64,000 nt of DNA, from the NCBI GenBank assembly GCA_022813865.1, contig JALDZX010000024.1, positions 248,001 to 312,000 of the forward strand, read 5' to 3'. The notes under the pieces are model-generated. The model ran no database searches. It saw nothing but the letters and a program-made list of their open reading frames with translations, and was not told the DNA's origin. Both the position numbers and the translations under genes were made by a program. The number at the start of each line of letters is the position of its first letter. The stretch's first letter is position 1. Below, in pieces: positions 49,987 to 64,000 of this stretch. The stretch comes from Xylographa opegraphella (Eukaryota).

Positions 49987-51453
49987 ATGCAGTTCAACAG
50001 GATCCTTGCTTTTTCTTTCTTGGTGGGACTCGTAGCTGCTCGTCCCTCACACTCCCTTTACTCCCTCAAACATCAGCACAAGCATCAAAAGCGTGTCTCA
50101 ACGCCGGACAATACATGCGGTGTAAAAGTTGCGGGCGACAATAAAGGATACGTCTGCGATCCAAGCGATCCGTGGGGAGGATCGTGCTGTTCACAACATG
50201 GATATTGCGGTAATGATATTCGAGCCGATTTAAGGTGCAATCTTCTAATATTCGATAGGAAATACTTCCGACTATTGCGGACTGGGATGCCAGGATGCCT
50301 TTGGTACCTGTGACGGCCCATGGGTCTCATTTGTATCGGTCGCAACGACGTTCTCTACTCAAGCACTCATCACCTTCTCACCTGCTGCAGTTGTTAGTAC
50401 ATCAAGCACGATGTTACCCAGTACCTCTATCACGAGCACCAAGCCTTCAAGTGCATTCACAACCTCCTCGAGTACAGCCAGCTCTGGTCAATCCGTGACA
50501 ACATCTACAAGCACGTCCACCACCAGTTCTACTCTCATACCAACCACTGGTTCTCTGGTCACCTCTGCCACTCTTAGCCCCGGACCTAGCTCCGTGAGCA
50601 TCTCTCCTGAGCCCGTTCAGTCAGGATGTCTCTGGGTGGTAGCGGGTTCTGGAACCTTTACACACGCTCAGACATTTGACTTCACTCAAACCAAGGACTT
50701 TCCTACTGCGGATCTGGTGATCAGCAATTACGGCATCAAAGCTGGAACAGCACCTCACTCACAGATGTACACTAGCGACCAAGTATCTATATACGATGGC
50801 ACACTACAGTTGAAGGTACCAGGAGGTCAGACCACGAGTCCAATATATGGAGCAGAGATCCAAACCACTGTACAGGATATATTGTATGGAAGTGTCCGAA
50901 CGACTGTCCAGATTAGCGAGGTGCCTGGGACTTGCCACGGTAATACTCGAGATACCTTTCTTGAAACTGGATTTTCTGCTAATGCTCTACGCGAACCACA
51001 GGGTTATTCTACTACAAGAGCGACAATCAAGAATCAGACATCGAGATTCTTACCGCCGACCCAGAATCGGGTATCCACTACACCAACCAGGCCACTGTCC
51101 CTGGCCAGAAGTCTACAACTACTACACATCCACTGCCATCCAATGCGACCGTTGTCATGCACGAGTACCGCCTTGATTGGCTCCCTGGAAAGACCGTCTA
51201 CTATCTTGATGGAGTGGAGCAGCAAGTTCTGATGTCCAACGTGCCTGATGTGCCAGGTTCGTGGATATGGAACAACTGGAGGTACATGACCATTCTCTTC
51301 GTTCTCTACTGTATATAATTTGATTGCTAATGAGCATGTGACAGTAACGGAGATGCCGGATGGAGCGCCGGTCCTCCCGACTCCGACAACATTCTAAAGA
51401 TAGAGAAGATCGAGATGTACTACAACCGAACAGGAAGTGCTGGCACCTGCTAG
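49987..51453 (+). CDS. Secreted GH16 glycoside hydrolase with N-terminal chitin-binding (CBM18/hevein-like) module and Ser/Thr linker
   Basis: Signal peptide, KR site, CG..CCSQHGYCG|NTSDYCGLGCQDAFGTC, S/T-rich linker, catalytic ESDIE motif, HEYRLDW, WNNWS|NG; three introns. Confidence 0.88.
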
Positions 51454-53401
51454 AGTGATTCCGAGGCGCGATGTTCAACAGCACGGTGGATTGTCTTGGA
51501 GCGGTACGAAGTCGGGATTTGTGTAGAATGTAGGGTTTCGAACACGGTCTTGTTGGCAACTGTGCAACACTGTACAGGCACACTACGATGTTGTTGCTGG
51601 CAACCACATGCACATTAAAAGACTGCTTCATCCATGTATATATATGCTACTTCTCTGAAGCCTTGGAGCTCCATGTAGAATCTAGATAACCTTTGTCCCA
51701 TTTAATACAATGATGCTATGGCAGTGAACTAGATGTATATCAAAGCACTCATAAAACAGGTAGACTACGCAGATGTTACAGAACATAATGCTTTCAGCTA
51801 CTACCCCTCCCGCAGAGGCTGCGCGGAATTCGAATCATCACTAGGTATTAGTTATACCGATCACTTTACTAATTCGCGTATCCAGGGAATGTTCACTATC
51901 CACCATCATACCAAACTCATGGAGTGCAAAAGAGTATATTTATTTTCTAGGCAAAGGCAAAGGCGGAACAACGGAATTGCTCTGGCATGGTCACGACCGC
52001 CACATCTCCGCTTTGGCTAGGCGGAGACTCGAGACAAAGTAAGGCTATTATATCGCACTCCAAATTCTTTGAACCTGAAAAGCTCCATTGTGACTACAAC
52101 CAAGAGCGAGAACCGGCCGTACACCCCCAAGCCGTCCGGCGCTCGATTCCCTTGGACTATATTCGAGCTGAGTTTGGGAGCCACCGGAGATGTCGATGAC
52201 CATGTGCCTCTCGCGTCCCATTCCTCAAAGCTGTGCAAGTTTCATACCGAGATCTCAATGGGAAAGAGACAAAGGGTCATGGCCGATGTCAATTTCTGAT
52301 TCACCAGCCTTGCATCAGTGGAGGGTCCTGTTCGAACATGTATCTTCGGTACTGCGGCTTCAATGTGTGCAGCGAGAACCGTTGGATGACAAGGCGAGCA
52401 AACAAGGATGCCGCAATATCACGGCGTGTAAGGATTATTGTGCCTAAGGCCGAGAGATACCGCTGTTGGTGGAAGCTCTTTGTGATCGCTGGTCAGGACC
52501 AGAGCAGGGCCTTTCGCTTCTTGAGAGCGATCAGCACCTCAGGCTCTTCCCAGACTGGTTTTTGTCATCCAACATAATGACAGATTCAGCCTACTTCGTA
52601 TTGTATTATGGCAATACTATGATAAGTGTTCTAAAAGTACTCTTCACCATTAAAACCGTCCCACCGAAGATTCATCGTTCGACCATGTCGTGGCTCTCTG
52701 ATAAATATGCGGGAGCTTGCTCCCATGCTGAGATGCTCGAACACCTCTCCGCATGTCTCCAATTTGTCTTGCAGCTCTTTCTAGACTCGCCTCACTTGAG
52801 ACCTTCGCGATTCGTATTCCTGACGGTACGCGCTCATCGAGTAGCGGCTGATGGAAGGGTTTTATTTGTCAATACAGCATCATTGACTCAACACTGGTTA
52901 CTCTGACATCTCCAGGGATCGTTCACTGGTCCACTGTGACCTTGGGCTACTTTGCCTTATTCAGGGTAGTATAATTTTCTGGGGACTATTGGAATCGATC
53001 AGAGAGTCGCCTTTTGGTTCAATAGGAGAGTTACGCTATTGACTGCTGAACATAGCCTATCAAGTTCGAAGGCAACCCTTTTCATATAATCGAGGACTTT
53101 TCCCTTTCCCTTGGGAGGTACCCAATGAGAAAGTGCCACCAGGTGACCCGAACGGTGATCCTTTGCGGTCCATGTTGCGAGAGGGATACATCGTATAGGG
53201 AAAAAATCATGATGTACATCATTCCACTATTAGGTAGGGTCATTGCTTCATAAAGCACTGAGACGTTCTCACTTCGTTATGCTCCGCGAAGCTCAGGAAC
53301 AGTCGCTATGTTCTCCCACAGTCAAGGTTCAGGGTGACTTGGTTCAAGACTAATCGCCACATTGCAGTTATTGGATGTTCGTTGCATCCAGTGTTTTTGA
53401 G

Positions 53402-54863
53402 TCATAGTTTTGGTCCTTTTGGCTTCTCTCCTCCCGGCCCTGGCATTAGCCTAATCCACTTCACCCACTCCTCCCCAACTTTCAGATCACCCTCCCTCCC
53501 CCTCCGCTTTCTTGTCTCCAGCCATTGCCGCTCCTCTTCCACCCACCTCTTCAGCTCCGCTCCCAACCACATCGCACTCGCCTCCGCAGTGTCTTCGACC
53601 GCCTCCATGGGCACCAGATGGCCAACCCCCTCCAATACCACTTCCTTCACCCTCCCCTCCTTCGCTCCGCCACTCCCACCGACTCCAATTCCCGTAGTCT
53701 GCATCTTTGCCCTTCGTCCTTCCGGGAGCGACATATACGACGCTCCTCCGAAAACATACAACACTGACGGTCGCAGTGACGGCAGCTTACTGTAAATACT
53801 CGCCGCCTCTGGCCGGTAGAATGGAAACACTCCTTTGCCGCTCACTGAGAGACCTGAGCTCACGTCTATATCCGGATGGGTTCTTCGATCTACAATCGCA
53901 TTCCCATCCGCGTCTACGCCGTGAAAATTGGGGCGTAGAAAAGTCCACACCTCCTGGTGTTTGGTCGTCGTCAGAGTTACTGGTAGGTTGGTCCCCTCTG
54001 CCAGTTTCTCAGGGTATATCGATGTTGGCGTATCCCGCAGGCCATACTGCAGCCAGCGTTGTAAGACGCGCGGGTCCCAACGCTGGTAGAACGGAGACTT
54101 GCCGAAAGATGCTGCGGCGAACTGACGTGAGGGCCAGAGGTCACGACGGAAGGTGGATGCTTTGGCAACATTGTACTTCTCGCCGGGGAAACCGATGGCT
54201 GGCATATCGCTTATGACAGGGTCCAGCAGAATAATCGAGGTGAGGAGGCGAGGATGCATGATAGAGAGGTTGACCCTGATTTGGTATTAGTTTAAGAGAA
54301 GAGTGGATCGAGGTGTGTGACAGACAGCTGAGCGCCACCCATTGAGTGGCCAATGCCTACAAGGGGGCGGGACATTTGCTGGCGGAAGTGGTTCGTCATG
54401 TGGAGAAGGTCACGAGAATGGTCAAGCCAGGAAGCTGTCTGTGAGTGAGCCAAGTCAAACAAGAAGATGGCAGGCCTACGGTCGTTGCCGAGCTTCTCTT
54501 CGTTCAGAACGGAGCTGTGACCTTGATGGGCCACATCAGCGATCCAGATCGAGCGGATCGAAAAGCCGAAGCGCTTCGCTCGCCTGTATATTTCATCCCA
54601 CAAAGGCTCGTAGAGCTCCTGAAAACAGTCAATACCGTACACCCATTGAGACTAACACATAATAATACTTTAGGGAAGCCATTGGCATGAGCACCGATAA
54701 TTGTGACCGCCCCAGGTAAAACCATATCAGTTTCCAATGGGGTATATTGTTTGACATGAACTTTGAAGGCCTCCTCTTGGTTTTCTCTCGTGGCACCAGG
54801 ATATTCGCGAATATACTGACTTTCAATGACATGTTCTTGAATATGGAACAATGCCGAAGACAT
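53402..54863 (-). CDS. Alpha/beta-fold hydrolase, probably peroxisomal
   Basis: IIGAHANGFPK|ELYEPLWD, IWIADVAHQG, nucleophile elbow GHSMGG, LLDPVI, GHLVPME, C-terminal PKL (PTS1-like). Confidence 0.9.
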
Positions 54864-57800
54864 GATGTATAGTTATCAAACGCCCGCGGTTCAGACAAAG
54901 TATAAATTCACATATATAAGAACAATAGTAAGGATAGTAGTACAGTTTACGACGATAATTGAATCAATATTAGATAATTGCAAGGAACTCTGAAAATAAC
55001 GTAAACCTTTGGACCTCGGCATGCATATGGAGCATAGGCCTATATTAAACACGTGACTGAGTGTACCATCATCCTACCTGTATTTCGCTGCCTCTAGCTC
55101 CAACCTTGGATATTTGGGATTCTGGGTACGCTTCTAAGAACTTGGATAGTGGCATTGGCAAAGCATGTATCAGTACGTACAGAATTACGGATCTGCATAC
55201 TCGACTAACACAAGTACAATGTGCGTCGTTCTGCGGCTTTACGAAGCTACCGTGTGACACAACTCTTGACTTAACTTCCTTGGTCAGCACATTAGACCTT
55301 CGAACCACCATATCCTGTAATCATTACTTGACCATTGAATCTTGGTCGTCCCGCCGATCTCTCGCTCGACGTCGGGCTTGATACACTCGAGCCTTAAGCT
55401 CTCTAGAACCTAGCCGAGCTTTCCATTCCCGTTACCCTTAGATTTGTGGGGAAGATCTCCGCCTCCGGTTTGTCACTCAGACACATTAGGTGACGAGCTT
55501 CAACTTTCGGGTCTGCCTGCTTGAGGCTATCCTTCCCTGCCGTCGCAAGATCTCTGGCGTTGTGGTTGCGTTCCTGGGTCACGCTGCTAATCTCTGCCCC
55601 AAGCACTACGACTTTTCATCAACAGCCTGTTTTTTTACTATAAGCTCGTTGGCAGCTTGTTCATGCGCCACTGTAAAGCTCTGAGCCGTGGCTTCGAAGT
55701 TGTCGATGCCGTTGTATCTCGTTAGCTTGTTCAGTGATCTCTTCAGGAACAGGGAAGATCTTATAAACGAATCGATCGCAGTCATTCGCCCATTCGAGGG
55801 CATCCAGCTGTTCTTTACGAGGTTTCGCCAATAGCGCTAAGCGCCCCTGTAGCTTGTCCTCCTTATGCTGAACCAGCTTTCTCTTTATATCCATTTCTTC
55901 CCCTGTGCAAGTATCTTGTTTTTGGACAGCCGACAGCTCGGCATCGTATGCCTTCCTTACCCAGTGCCCAGCTCTTTGCGCACGGCCACGGATGTGGTGG
56001 TGGCCTTCGATTGCAGATGTCCTAGTACCTCATGCTTATCAGTTTAGTCGCATCGGCGGATGCCATTGCAATTGTCTCGGTACGCTAGCCATTCTACTAC
56101 CCTGTTAAATGTGGGAAAGGGATGAGATAGATGGTGAGCCAACAGGGGGATTATTGGTGTTCGGGCAGGCTCAAATAAAACATAAATCGAAGCTGCAGCC
56201 TTCAAGATCTCCAAACCATTCTGATATTTTCGACGGTGAATACAACAGATTTCGCATTCGAAGCCAGCGGATTGTTCGTAACGGGAGGAAATGAATAGAA
56301 ATTTAAGGCGAGATTGGAGAGATGTAGTACCGGCGGCTCCCGCTCAGGGCTTCGGATATAAAGGTTAAATATCACAGTTGAAGATCGCCAGCGCACAACG
56401 CAAATTATAACGAGAAGCTCATGGATAATTGGGTTAGCACTATACACAGAGGAAATATATACAGATCTAGTGCAATAGAGCTACCTGAACCAATCGCCTT
56501 CCATAGATCCAAATACTCTCATTCTGGCACCTCTTCCATTGCCTCCTCATAAAGTCGTAGATGATGTGATGGGACCTTGCTTTTCTCCAGTCTCCCAGAA
56601 GTTGCGCTGTCTCCACCTTCTCCGCTTCGAGGCCCAGCTCCCGCATGTCCAGTTTAGTATCCAAAAGCTTTTGCCTCGAACTCCAATTGCTTGTCGCGCC
56701 AAATTTGTCTGCTACGGATCGCAGTATCCGCCTGTAAGAGTTCCACAGTTTCGTTGTTCATTTAGCTTATCAAGTCTGTGCTCCCCAAAGTTGCTTTCAC
56801 GGAGTGATCCTAGTCGAGGGAGCAGACGCTGAGGGCGGTGTGGTTCTTACTGGCGGCTAAAGCGTGACTGAAGCAACCACCACCTTTTATGTATCCCTGA
56901 GCCTATCAGTTAAGTAGCACTCCAGCCGTGGCTGCTTGGCTCATGTTAAAGATTTGATATATCGCAAACTGCGTGATACGGCACCTATCTTTGTGTTGCA
57001 TCTTAGAGATAGCCTGCGCGAGGTTCATGATGGAGTCGGAGCTTCGGTGCTGTTTCTCCTGCTCCGGTCTTTCTTTTGGCGATGCCGCCAAAATAACCTT
57101 GATTGTAGGATATGCAAATGTGGGCTCCATCACTGCGCATCACGGAGATTGCTATGGCGGTTTTCCGAGTTGGTGACGAAGGCTTCAATGTTGGTGATGT
57201 GGTAAGCGGCGAGCGGGAACTCCATTGAAGGACCCCCTTCAAATACTTGAGCTTGACACGATGGACGCCGGCGTGACAACATATGGGATTGCAATCGAAA
57301 GCGGTGTCAACCTGCACAGCCTGTAGGATCTCATCAGCATAATCCATAGATTTACAACAACCGCGCATCTTCTCACTTATCTCGACGAGCCTTTCCGGCG
57401 AAGCAGAGCGCCGGAATGATCCACAAGAAGCTCTGTATAAGGTATATGGCCGATTGGGTATTGCCCTTGCGAATCATTTTGCTTGAATATCCTCTAGAAG
57501 CGGATTTTGAGTTGATGCTGGGGCCAAGTTTCCTTTGAAAATTGCGTACCGATAGAGTCCTTCATGGCCGTCGGTATCGGTATAAGCATCCCTCAATAAA
57601 ATGTGACGCAAATCGAGTCGCCGCATTTTGGAATGTCAAATGCGACTGCCGTTGTCAAATCAATCAGGCTGGAATCCAATAGCGTTTGATATCTATGCCG
57701 AACTTTTGTCCAAGAATCAAGCAATTGGACAACCTCCGCGGCACTAAGTACTTCCGTCACCCCAGAGATATTCCTACCTAAGTTCGGCTTTCATAGTGAC

Positions 57801-58342
57801 AGCCGCCTGATCACTTGCTCGACTTGTTCTGCAGCATGTTCGTCCTCGTCGCGTGTCACCCCTATTTCGAACTGATCCGCGGCGACCTAAGAGCTCGCGA
57901 TGAGGGTTTCCGGGAGCATTATGCACTTTAGTCATGCGATCCTGAGAAGTGACACAATTTTTGATCACAGACGGCAGAACTTCGAGTCCATCCAGTTCAA
58001 TATCCTGGTCAAAGTAAGCACTTGGGCCAATGAAAGGTGGCGACCCTTGATCCGGAGACGTCTTAACATCCTCATCTTCGGTCATGACCCGCCATGGATT
58101 TGAGGTACTATGAGGTGGGTTAAACTCCTGGCATTCATTATCAAGGTGCCCGCTCGGTCCTTCGAATATTCATTACATATTGGAAAGAATTGAACGATCG
58201 AGAAGTACTTTGATCTTGCGCCTTCAGAGGAGCTCTGAAGGTCTTAAGCTTTCGTCTCGGCGCAGTGGTACACTTGTATCAGTATCACGTGCTTGAAAGC
58301 AGATGTTGGTGAGTCCTGACGAGTCTTGGACACTTCGAATAC

Positions 58343-59359
58343 TTATTGCCATTGAATTTCTGCCCTCCGCACCAGTTCCTCATATAGCGTCCAAGCTAAT
58401 GCTGAACTAGCAGCCTTCCTCGCTATTCGAAGACCTAATCCATCAAAGAGGCTGCGAAGCCCTTCTTCCTGCACCATTTGTCTCCCAGCACCGACCATAT
58501 GCCCATATTTCTGTGGCATAAGTTGCAACCGTGTCTTAATTGCATCAAAGGGGTTTGTCATCGCCGTTGCAAAACCCGCCGCCAAAACCCCAGACACGAA
58601 GTTGATTGGTGCAGAAACACGAGTCTTCATTCCTTCTTGCGGTTCCGAAGTTTCCGGTACGATACGAGCAGCTCGTAAGGCGCTAAGGCGATTCTTCAGT
58701 TGCTCATAGAAGAGTACATAGAGACCTGCATAAGGTGCATCACGAATAGCAGTTGCACCAAAACCAGAGAAAAATCCTCTTACACCTTCTGTATGTAGAA
58801 TAGCTGTACCAGCGCCCCAGAGAGATTTGTAGGAATAGAGGTCCGATTCGTAACGGACCTTGATGATGGTAAGGGGCATCATCACAAAACCCGCGGAAGC
58901 ACGAGCTATTGCACCCGTTGTGAGGTTTGCAAGATTAGAGAGCTGGGGCAAAGAGGACGACGAATATTTCGCATTAGATACGGTCGTTGACACGATCAGC
59001 GTGGAAGCAAGGAGGTTTGAGCGAGCTATACGCTGTCGGAGAGCATTGAGAGTTGAGAAGTATAAGGCCGAGCCAAAGCCAGTACGAATGACGGAGGGAA
59101 GAGTACCGCGCCATAAATGGAGGAGTGGGGCTGGACCAGAAGTGATCTCTTTCAAGGTCGACAGAAGTGTAGATGAAGGAGATTGCTGAACACGGGTTTT
59201 CAGGAGGTCAGCAGGTTGAAGAAGAGAGGCAGATAGCATGCCAGTTGAAAGGCCGGCGAAGAAGTGGAACGCTGCGAACAATGAGTAACAGACACGCAGG
59301 ATGTTGCATCGTGATATTGACATACATAGCGAGGAACGTGGTGGACCGCCATTTGACAT
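58343..59359 (-). CDS. HEM25: Mitochondrial carrier, glycine transporter (SLC25A38/Hem25)
   Basis: Three carrier signatures ([31 protein letters not shown]), [29 protein letters not shown]; short 5' intron. Confidence 0.9.
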   Translation of the reverse strand: MSNGGPPRSSLCMSISRCNILRVCYSLFAAFHFFAGLSTGMLSASLLQPADLLKTRVQQSPSSTLLSTLKEITSGPAPLLHLWRGTLPSVIRTGFGSALYFSTLNALRQRIARSNLLASTLIVSTTVSNAKYSSSSLPQLSNLANLTTGAIARASAGFVMMPLTIIKVRYESDLYSYKSLWGAGTAILHTEGVRGFFSGFGATAIRDAPYAGLYVLFYEQLKNRLSALRAARIVPETSEPQEGMKTRVSAPINFVSGVLAAGFATAMTNPFDAIKTRLQLMPQKYGHMVGAGRQMVQEEGLRSLFDGLGLRIARKAASSALAWTLYEELVRRAEIQWQ

Positions 59360-59760
59360 CTCTTTCTACTAACTTCACACAGGTACGAAACACTGCCTCT
59401 TAGGCCCGGACATCCTACCAGGGCTTAATTCGCAGAACCGACAGTCTGTCTCTCCAGGAGAAGATTGATTGTCGAGGAGTAGGAGAGAACGGAGTGAGAT
59501 TGCGGTTCGGAACAGAACGTCATTGCATTCTGATGAAGCACGATACTCATTTCACAAGGTAGTCTACTAGATAGGCTGGACTAGTCTACATATGACTAGA
59601 CTAGAGTATCTTGCACAACGTTCCCATCTGAAGTACTTTGTTCGACCACATCATTCCACTATAGGCCTTGGCAGGTTCGTAGTCAATGCTAGGAATAGGA
59701 TAAGCTAATGCTAAATGACTTCAAAATGAGCGCGATCTCGAACGCTGAAGCCGTCTCACC

Positions 59761-62700
59761 ATGGATGGCTATCCGGCGCATTATGTCTCCCACAACTTAC
59801 CCCTAGTCATCTTGTTTGGTTTGGGGTCTACAGACCCAAAGCCCCGTGACAATATTGAGGAACAGTATCCGTTGCTGCAGGAGAAAGGAATCTATATTTC
59901 TTCCGATCTTCCTAGCGTTACTGGATCGGCAGGGCAGGAACTTTTGGATTGTTTCCATAGTTTTGATGCCAAAGATGCAGCATGGAACAACAGGCCGGGC
60001 AAGGCCAAAATGGGAGCAATGGGCTTTACCTACAGAAACGTTGGAAGAGTATGTCGAATGCTATCTCGGTACTGCTATTTGAGTGATTGATAGACCACTC
60101 TATGCTTTTGTTTCTGGATACTCTTATAAACGAAACAATCGAGTTGGACAGTTTCGGCTAGATGCTGTCCGTCTCATGTATGGATACATACTAATGATCT
60201 CACAGGCTTTCACCTTGCCACCGCATAAGGCCAAACCTCCTTCAGCATTCCCATCCCCTACCACCGAGGATGGTGGTTTACGAAGAGCTTCCCTGACACC
60301 TATCCTTCATTCTCCACTATCCCCATTAAGCTCAGATTCGCCACTGTATCCCGATGGAATCATGTCGTCATTTTGGTTTTCCAAGCATCAATGGTTATTG
60401 CCATCTGCTCTAGTTTCATTCTTCAACTTTTCAGTTGATCCAAACAGTAGCATTCTCCAGGATAACAAACTCAAAACCGAGATCAATGCTTTGAGAACAT
60501 CTATCACGTCTTCTTCATACAAGATCCGTCTAATTGTGGTACTGGTATGTGAAGACAGCGGTACGGACCCGAACCCGATTGAAAGAGTTGCAAATATACG
60601 AAGAGCGACGTCAATGGACTCGAAATATTTGTTCTACGTACCGTCACGTCTGTCTATTATTGAGACGCAGGCATTTGTAGGGACTATCCTCGCATCCATA
60701 CAGCCATCCTGCCTCGAATATTATCGCGATCTCTCCAAGCATGCTAGGAGAAAGAGAAACCGTACTACAGTCCCGCTGCCGACTGTGCCTCCAATCTACG
60801 GTACATCTCAGACCTTGTCAAGTCAGGGATGGACAGTGCGATATGAGACAAAGCTTGGGTTCTTTGCAGAATTTCGACAGGAGATGGATGCTGCATCCCG
60901 AAATTACGAGACGGCTTATGAGTCGCTCCTCGACAGAGATGTGTTTGAAAGTATTGCAAGCTGGAGCCCACGATTTGATGAGACCAGATTACTTGCGGAT
61001 GTTTTAGCAATACGTATCCTCCGGTGCTTGTTGTGGACTGGTCAGACAACATCGGCAGTCCAGTCATGGTCAAATCATAGGGCCTTGATACAAGATCTGG
61101 TTAATAGGAAAGGTAAAGGCTCAGGTACTTACGGCTGGGAAGCTTGGGAAGCTAGGTGGTCCGCCATCATGGCTGAATTGATTGACAAAGTGGATGTACC
61201 TATATTTCATGTGCCAGATCAAACCATTCCTTCCGAGACTGCCTTATCGGAAGTTCCAGATATTTATGCGATCCCAGAAAAGGCTTTTTCTTCAGACGAG
61301 CGGCTGCCACCGTGGGATTTACTCCATCATGAGGGGTATTGGTTGAGACGTTCTGCACAAAAGACGAAGGCGCGACGGAAGCTCGCTCTATCGATGCCTA
61401 AAGGAGACCGGAGCTCTCCTGGACAGTCTCCTGCTTCACAGATTGCAAGCAAGTCTCACCTGTACGACACGTATCTCTGTCCGGAGCCCCACGAAGAATA
61501 CGGCTTACCTGGCCATACAAGTTTCGATCACGGTGCTCTCTTGATAGATACATTTCGGAAAGCTGCTGGTCAGTTTTCCCAGAGGCATCAAAATCGGGCT
61601 GCAACGAGAATGGAATTCGAAATGGCTCGGGAGTATATGAGAGCTGGAAGATGGGAAGAAGCCATGGACCTCATCAAGCCACTTTGGCAGAATTTGAGCT
61701 GGCGGAAAGAAGGATGGTGGAAATTGGTGGAGGAAATAAGCTGGGCCGTGCGAGCGTGTGCCCGTCACTTAGGAGATGGCGAAGTCCTAGTTGCCGTCGA
61801 ATGGGAGTTGCTAAGTAATTGTAGGTACTGGAAGAATGTTTTTTATGCTATCAATGCCTCCAGCTAACTTCTTTATGTTATAACAGCATTGACACCTAGA
61901 TCGAGCTGGCAATATGATATACTGAAATGCCTAGATGGACTAGACATAGAAGAAAAGCCTATTGCAACAATTCCTTGTGATAGCACCGCGCCAAGTCGTA
62001 TGTGTAATATACTGATTGGGTATTGAGGCAGAAGTTACAGAAAGGCTAATAGATGTTAGTGTCGGCCGTCTTCACATTTAAAGCGACTGAAGTTCGTGTC
62101 GGCGAGCCGATGCAGGCACAACTCACTATACACTCCCATCTGCATCCAGATTCTGCAGCCATCAGATTGTCCGAAATAGCTCTTATGCTTGAAGGCGGTA
62201 TTCCTGGCTTAGTTATTGCAGATGATTCAAGTCAAAGAGCTCCCTTGGATATCACCAAAGGTTCTACATTTCTTTATCACATCACCTTCGATGAAGCTTC
62301 TAAGGAGCCAGGGACCGCTTCACCGCCTCCCTCGATGTTTGACACAACTAAGCCGCTTTCTGGTTCTGCAGATCTCATATTCTTCCCAGGTATTGATAAA
62401 GTTTTTTTCTTCACCATTGTGCCACGCCATGCTGGTGAGGTTGTAGCGTGCAGAGTGTGTCTTGGCATACGAGAAGAACAATTTGATCTTAATATCATAG
62501 TACCATTACGCGATCATATATCTCGGACCAATTGGTGGCTACAGGGGCAAACTGGTCTATTGAGAGAAAAGCTCGATCTTGAGCATCCCTGTTCCATAGT
62601 TGTCCGGCCAAAACCACCAAAGATACAAATAGCATTTCCTGGGTTGCGCAAGGCTTATTATACAGATGAGACTGTTGAGATTAAGGTCGAAGTGACGAAC

Positions 62701-63813
62701 GAGGAAAGGGAAGATACAGATGTCGGTTTATCGGTTCAATTAATTTCCAATGCACAAAATGTTCCTATGATACATTGGACATCTCCTTCTTACCCCGAAA
62801 GTAGCAATAACACAGCAATTGATTCTGTACCTTCGGGCACCATTACTCCGGAACACTCCTTAGGGCGACTTCAATCATCTGCAACTCGATCGAAGGCCTT
62901 GATGTTTCAGGCTTCATCAGAAACTGCAGAGTACACTCTGGAGCTCAAAGCGCATTATCACCTCGTCTCAGATCCCCATACTTCGATTGTGAAGGCCGAG
63001 ACAAAGGAACTCATCTTCATGAGGCCGTTTGACAGCAACTTCGAATTTAAACCACATGTTCATCCAGATCCATGGCCTAATTATTTCCAGCTACACGACG
63101 TAGACTATGGAAGAATCGTATCGAAATCGACTGGTATCATACAGGAATGGTCTGTAACAGCAAAATTCACCTCATTTGCACTGGAACCGCTGCTTATACA
63201 AGCCATGTATCTCATTGTCCGAGAGATTCGCCACGATATCAGTTGTCAAGTAGTTACAAGCGATGATGCAAGTCAAACGGCAATCACATTGGATCCTACC
63301 GGTTCTATCGATCGAGATTTCAGGTTCATAATTCAGGATGCGGCTCTTGAGGACCGTCGTCCTTCGACTCTCCGATTTGAATTGGAAGTACTATGGAAGC
63401 TGAGAAGCGAAAGCGCAAAGGCAATCACCACTTTCATGCCTCTGCCACATCTGACGGTTCCGTTGGGTGAGCCAAGAGTCCTTGCATCTGTCCAAAAACA
63501 AACGATTTTATCCCCACTCGTCCACGTCTTATATACGCTGGAAAATCCCTCCATGCATTTACTTACCTTTCAACTTTCAATGGACTCGAGCGAAGATTTC
63601 GCGTTCAGTGGACCCAAGATTGTCCGGGTCCAGCTACTTCCACTTACCAGACATACTGTCAGGTACAGTCTCCTGCCTGCCCGGAGTAGCACTTGGATCA
63701 GACCAAATTTGAAAGTGGTAGACATTGGATTTGGGAAAACGCTGCAAGTCAGCGCGGCTGGTAGCAGCAAGAGTGATAAACTAGGGCTGGCAATCTGGAT
63801 AGACGCAGAATAG
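59761..63813 (+). CDS. TRAPPC11: TRAPP complex subunit 11 (foie gras / Gryzun domains)
   Basis: MDGYPAHYVSHNLPLV, LHSPLSPLS..LYPDG, EYYRDLSKHARRKRNR, GWTVRYETKLGFFAEFRQE, LENPSMHLLTF..FAFSGPK; three inferred introns. Confidence 0.9.
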
Positions 63814-64000
63814 AGCAACATTTTTGATCACCCATGAAGAACGGGTCGAAAATTATGATCGTGATGTATGGAGTCAGTGTTCATTCCAGGTAGTCCACCG
63901 CCTCTCCCGTCCTTTGAAGGGCAAGGGCCGACCAAAGAGCGCCATGATACCATTTAGTTTGGAACGAAGTATTCCTTGGTGCATAAAATTCACAAAGCCA

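Noticed and set aside
49987..54863. Secondary-metabolite cluster around the hydrolase
   Set aside because: No PKS, NRPS, terpene synthase or tailoring-enzyme group in the window; the neighbours are housekeeping genes.

Overview
Gene-dense, intron-containing DNA from a filamentous ascomycete (Pezizomycotina); the sequence alone does not fix a finer taxon. Most of the window is housekeeping genes: an MCH-type MFS transporter (partial), a LIM/paxillin-like protein, branched-chain E2 (DBT), DPB4, a HAD glycerol-phosphatase, an HbxA-like homeobox factor, NUG1, an alkaline ceramidase, PFD1, VPS25, RTT107, a sugar porter, TRM8, a CBM18-GH16 enzyme, a peroxisomal alpha/beta-hydrolase, HEM25 and TRAPPC11. 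The stand-out feature is a 5844-bp pogo/Fot1-type (DD35D) DNA transposon at 30422-36265. It has 41-bp terminal inverted repeats (1 mismatch) and a TA target duplication. Inside it, a decayed transposase lies convergent to an intron-containing fungal NLR immune-receptor gene (HET - NB-ARC - 126-bp TPR repeats), so the element reads as a cut-and-paste vehicle carrying an NLR. The transposase has three nonsense codons, a frameshift and a perfect 13-copy 15-bp in-frame expansion. The NLR shows only one +1 frameshift and a probably clipped C-terminus. All gene calls come from motif recognition by eye, with no database search, and splice sites are inferred.
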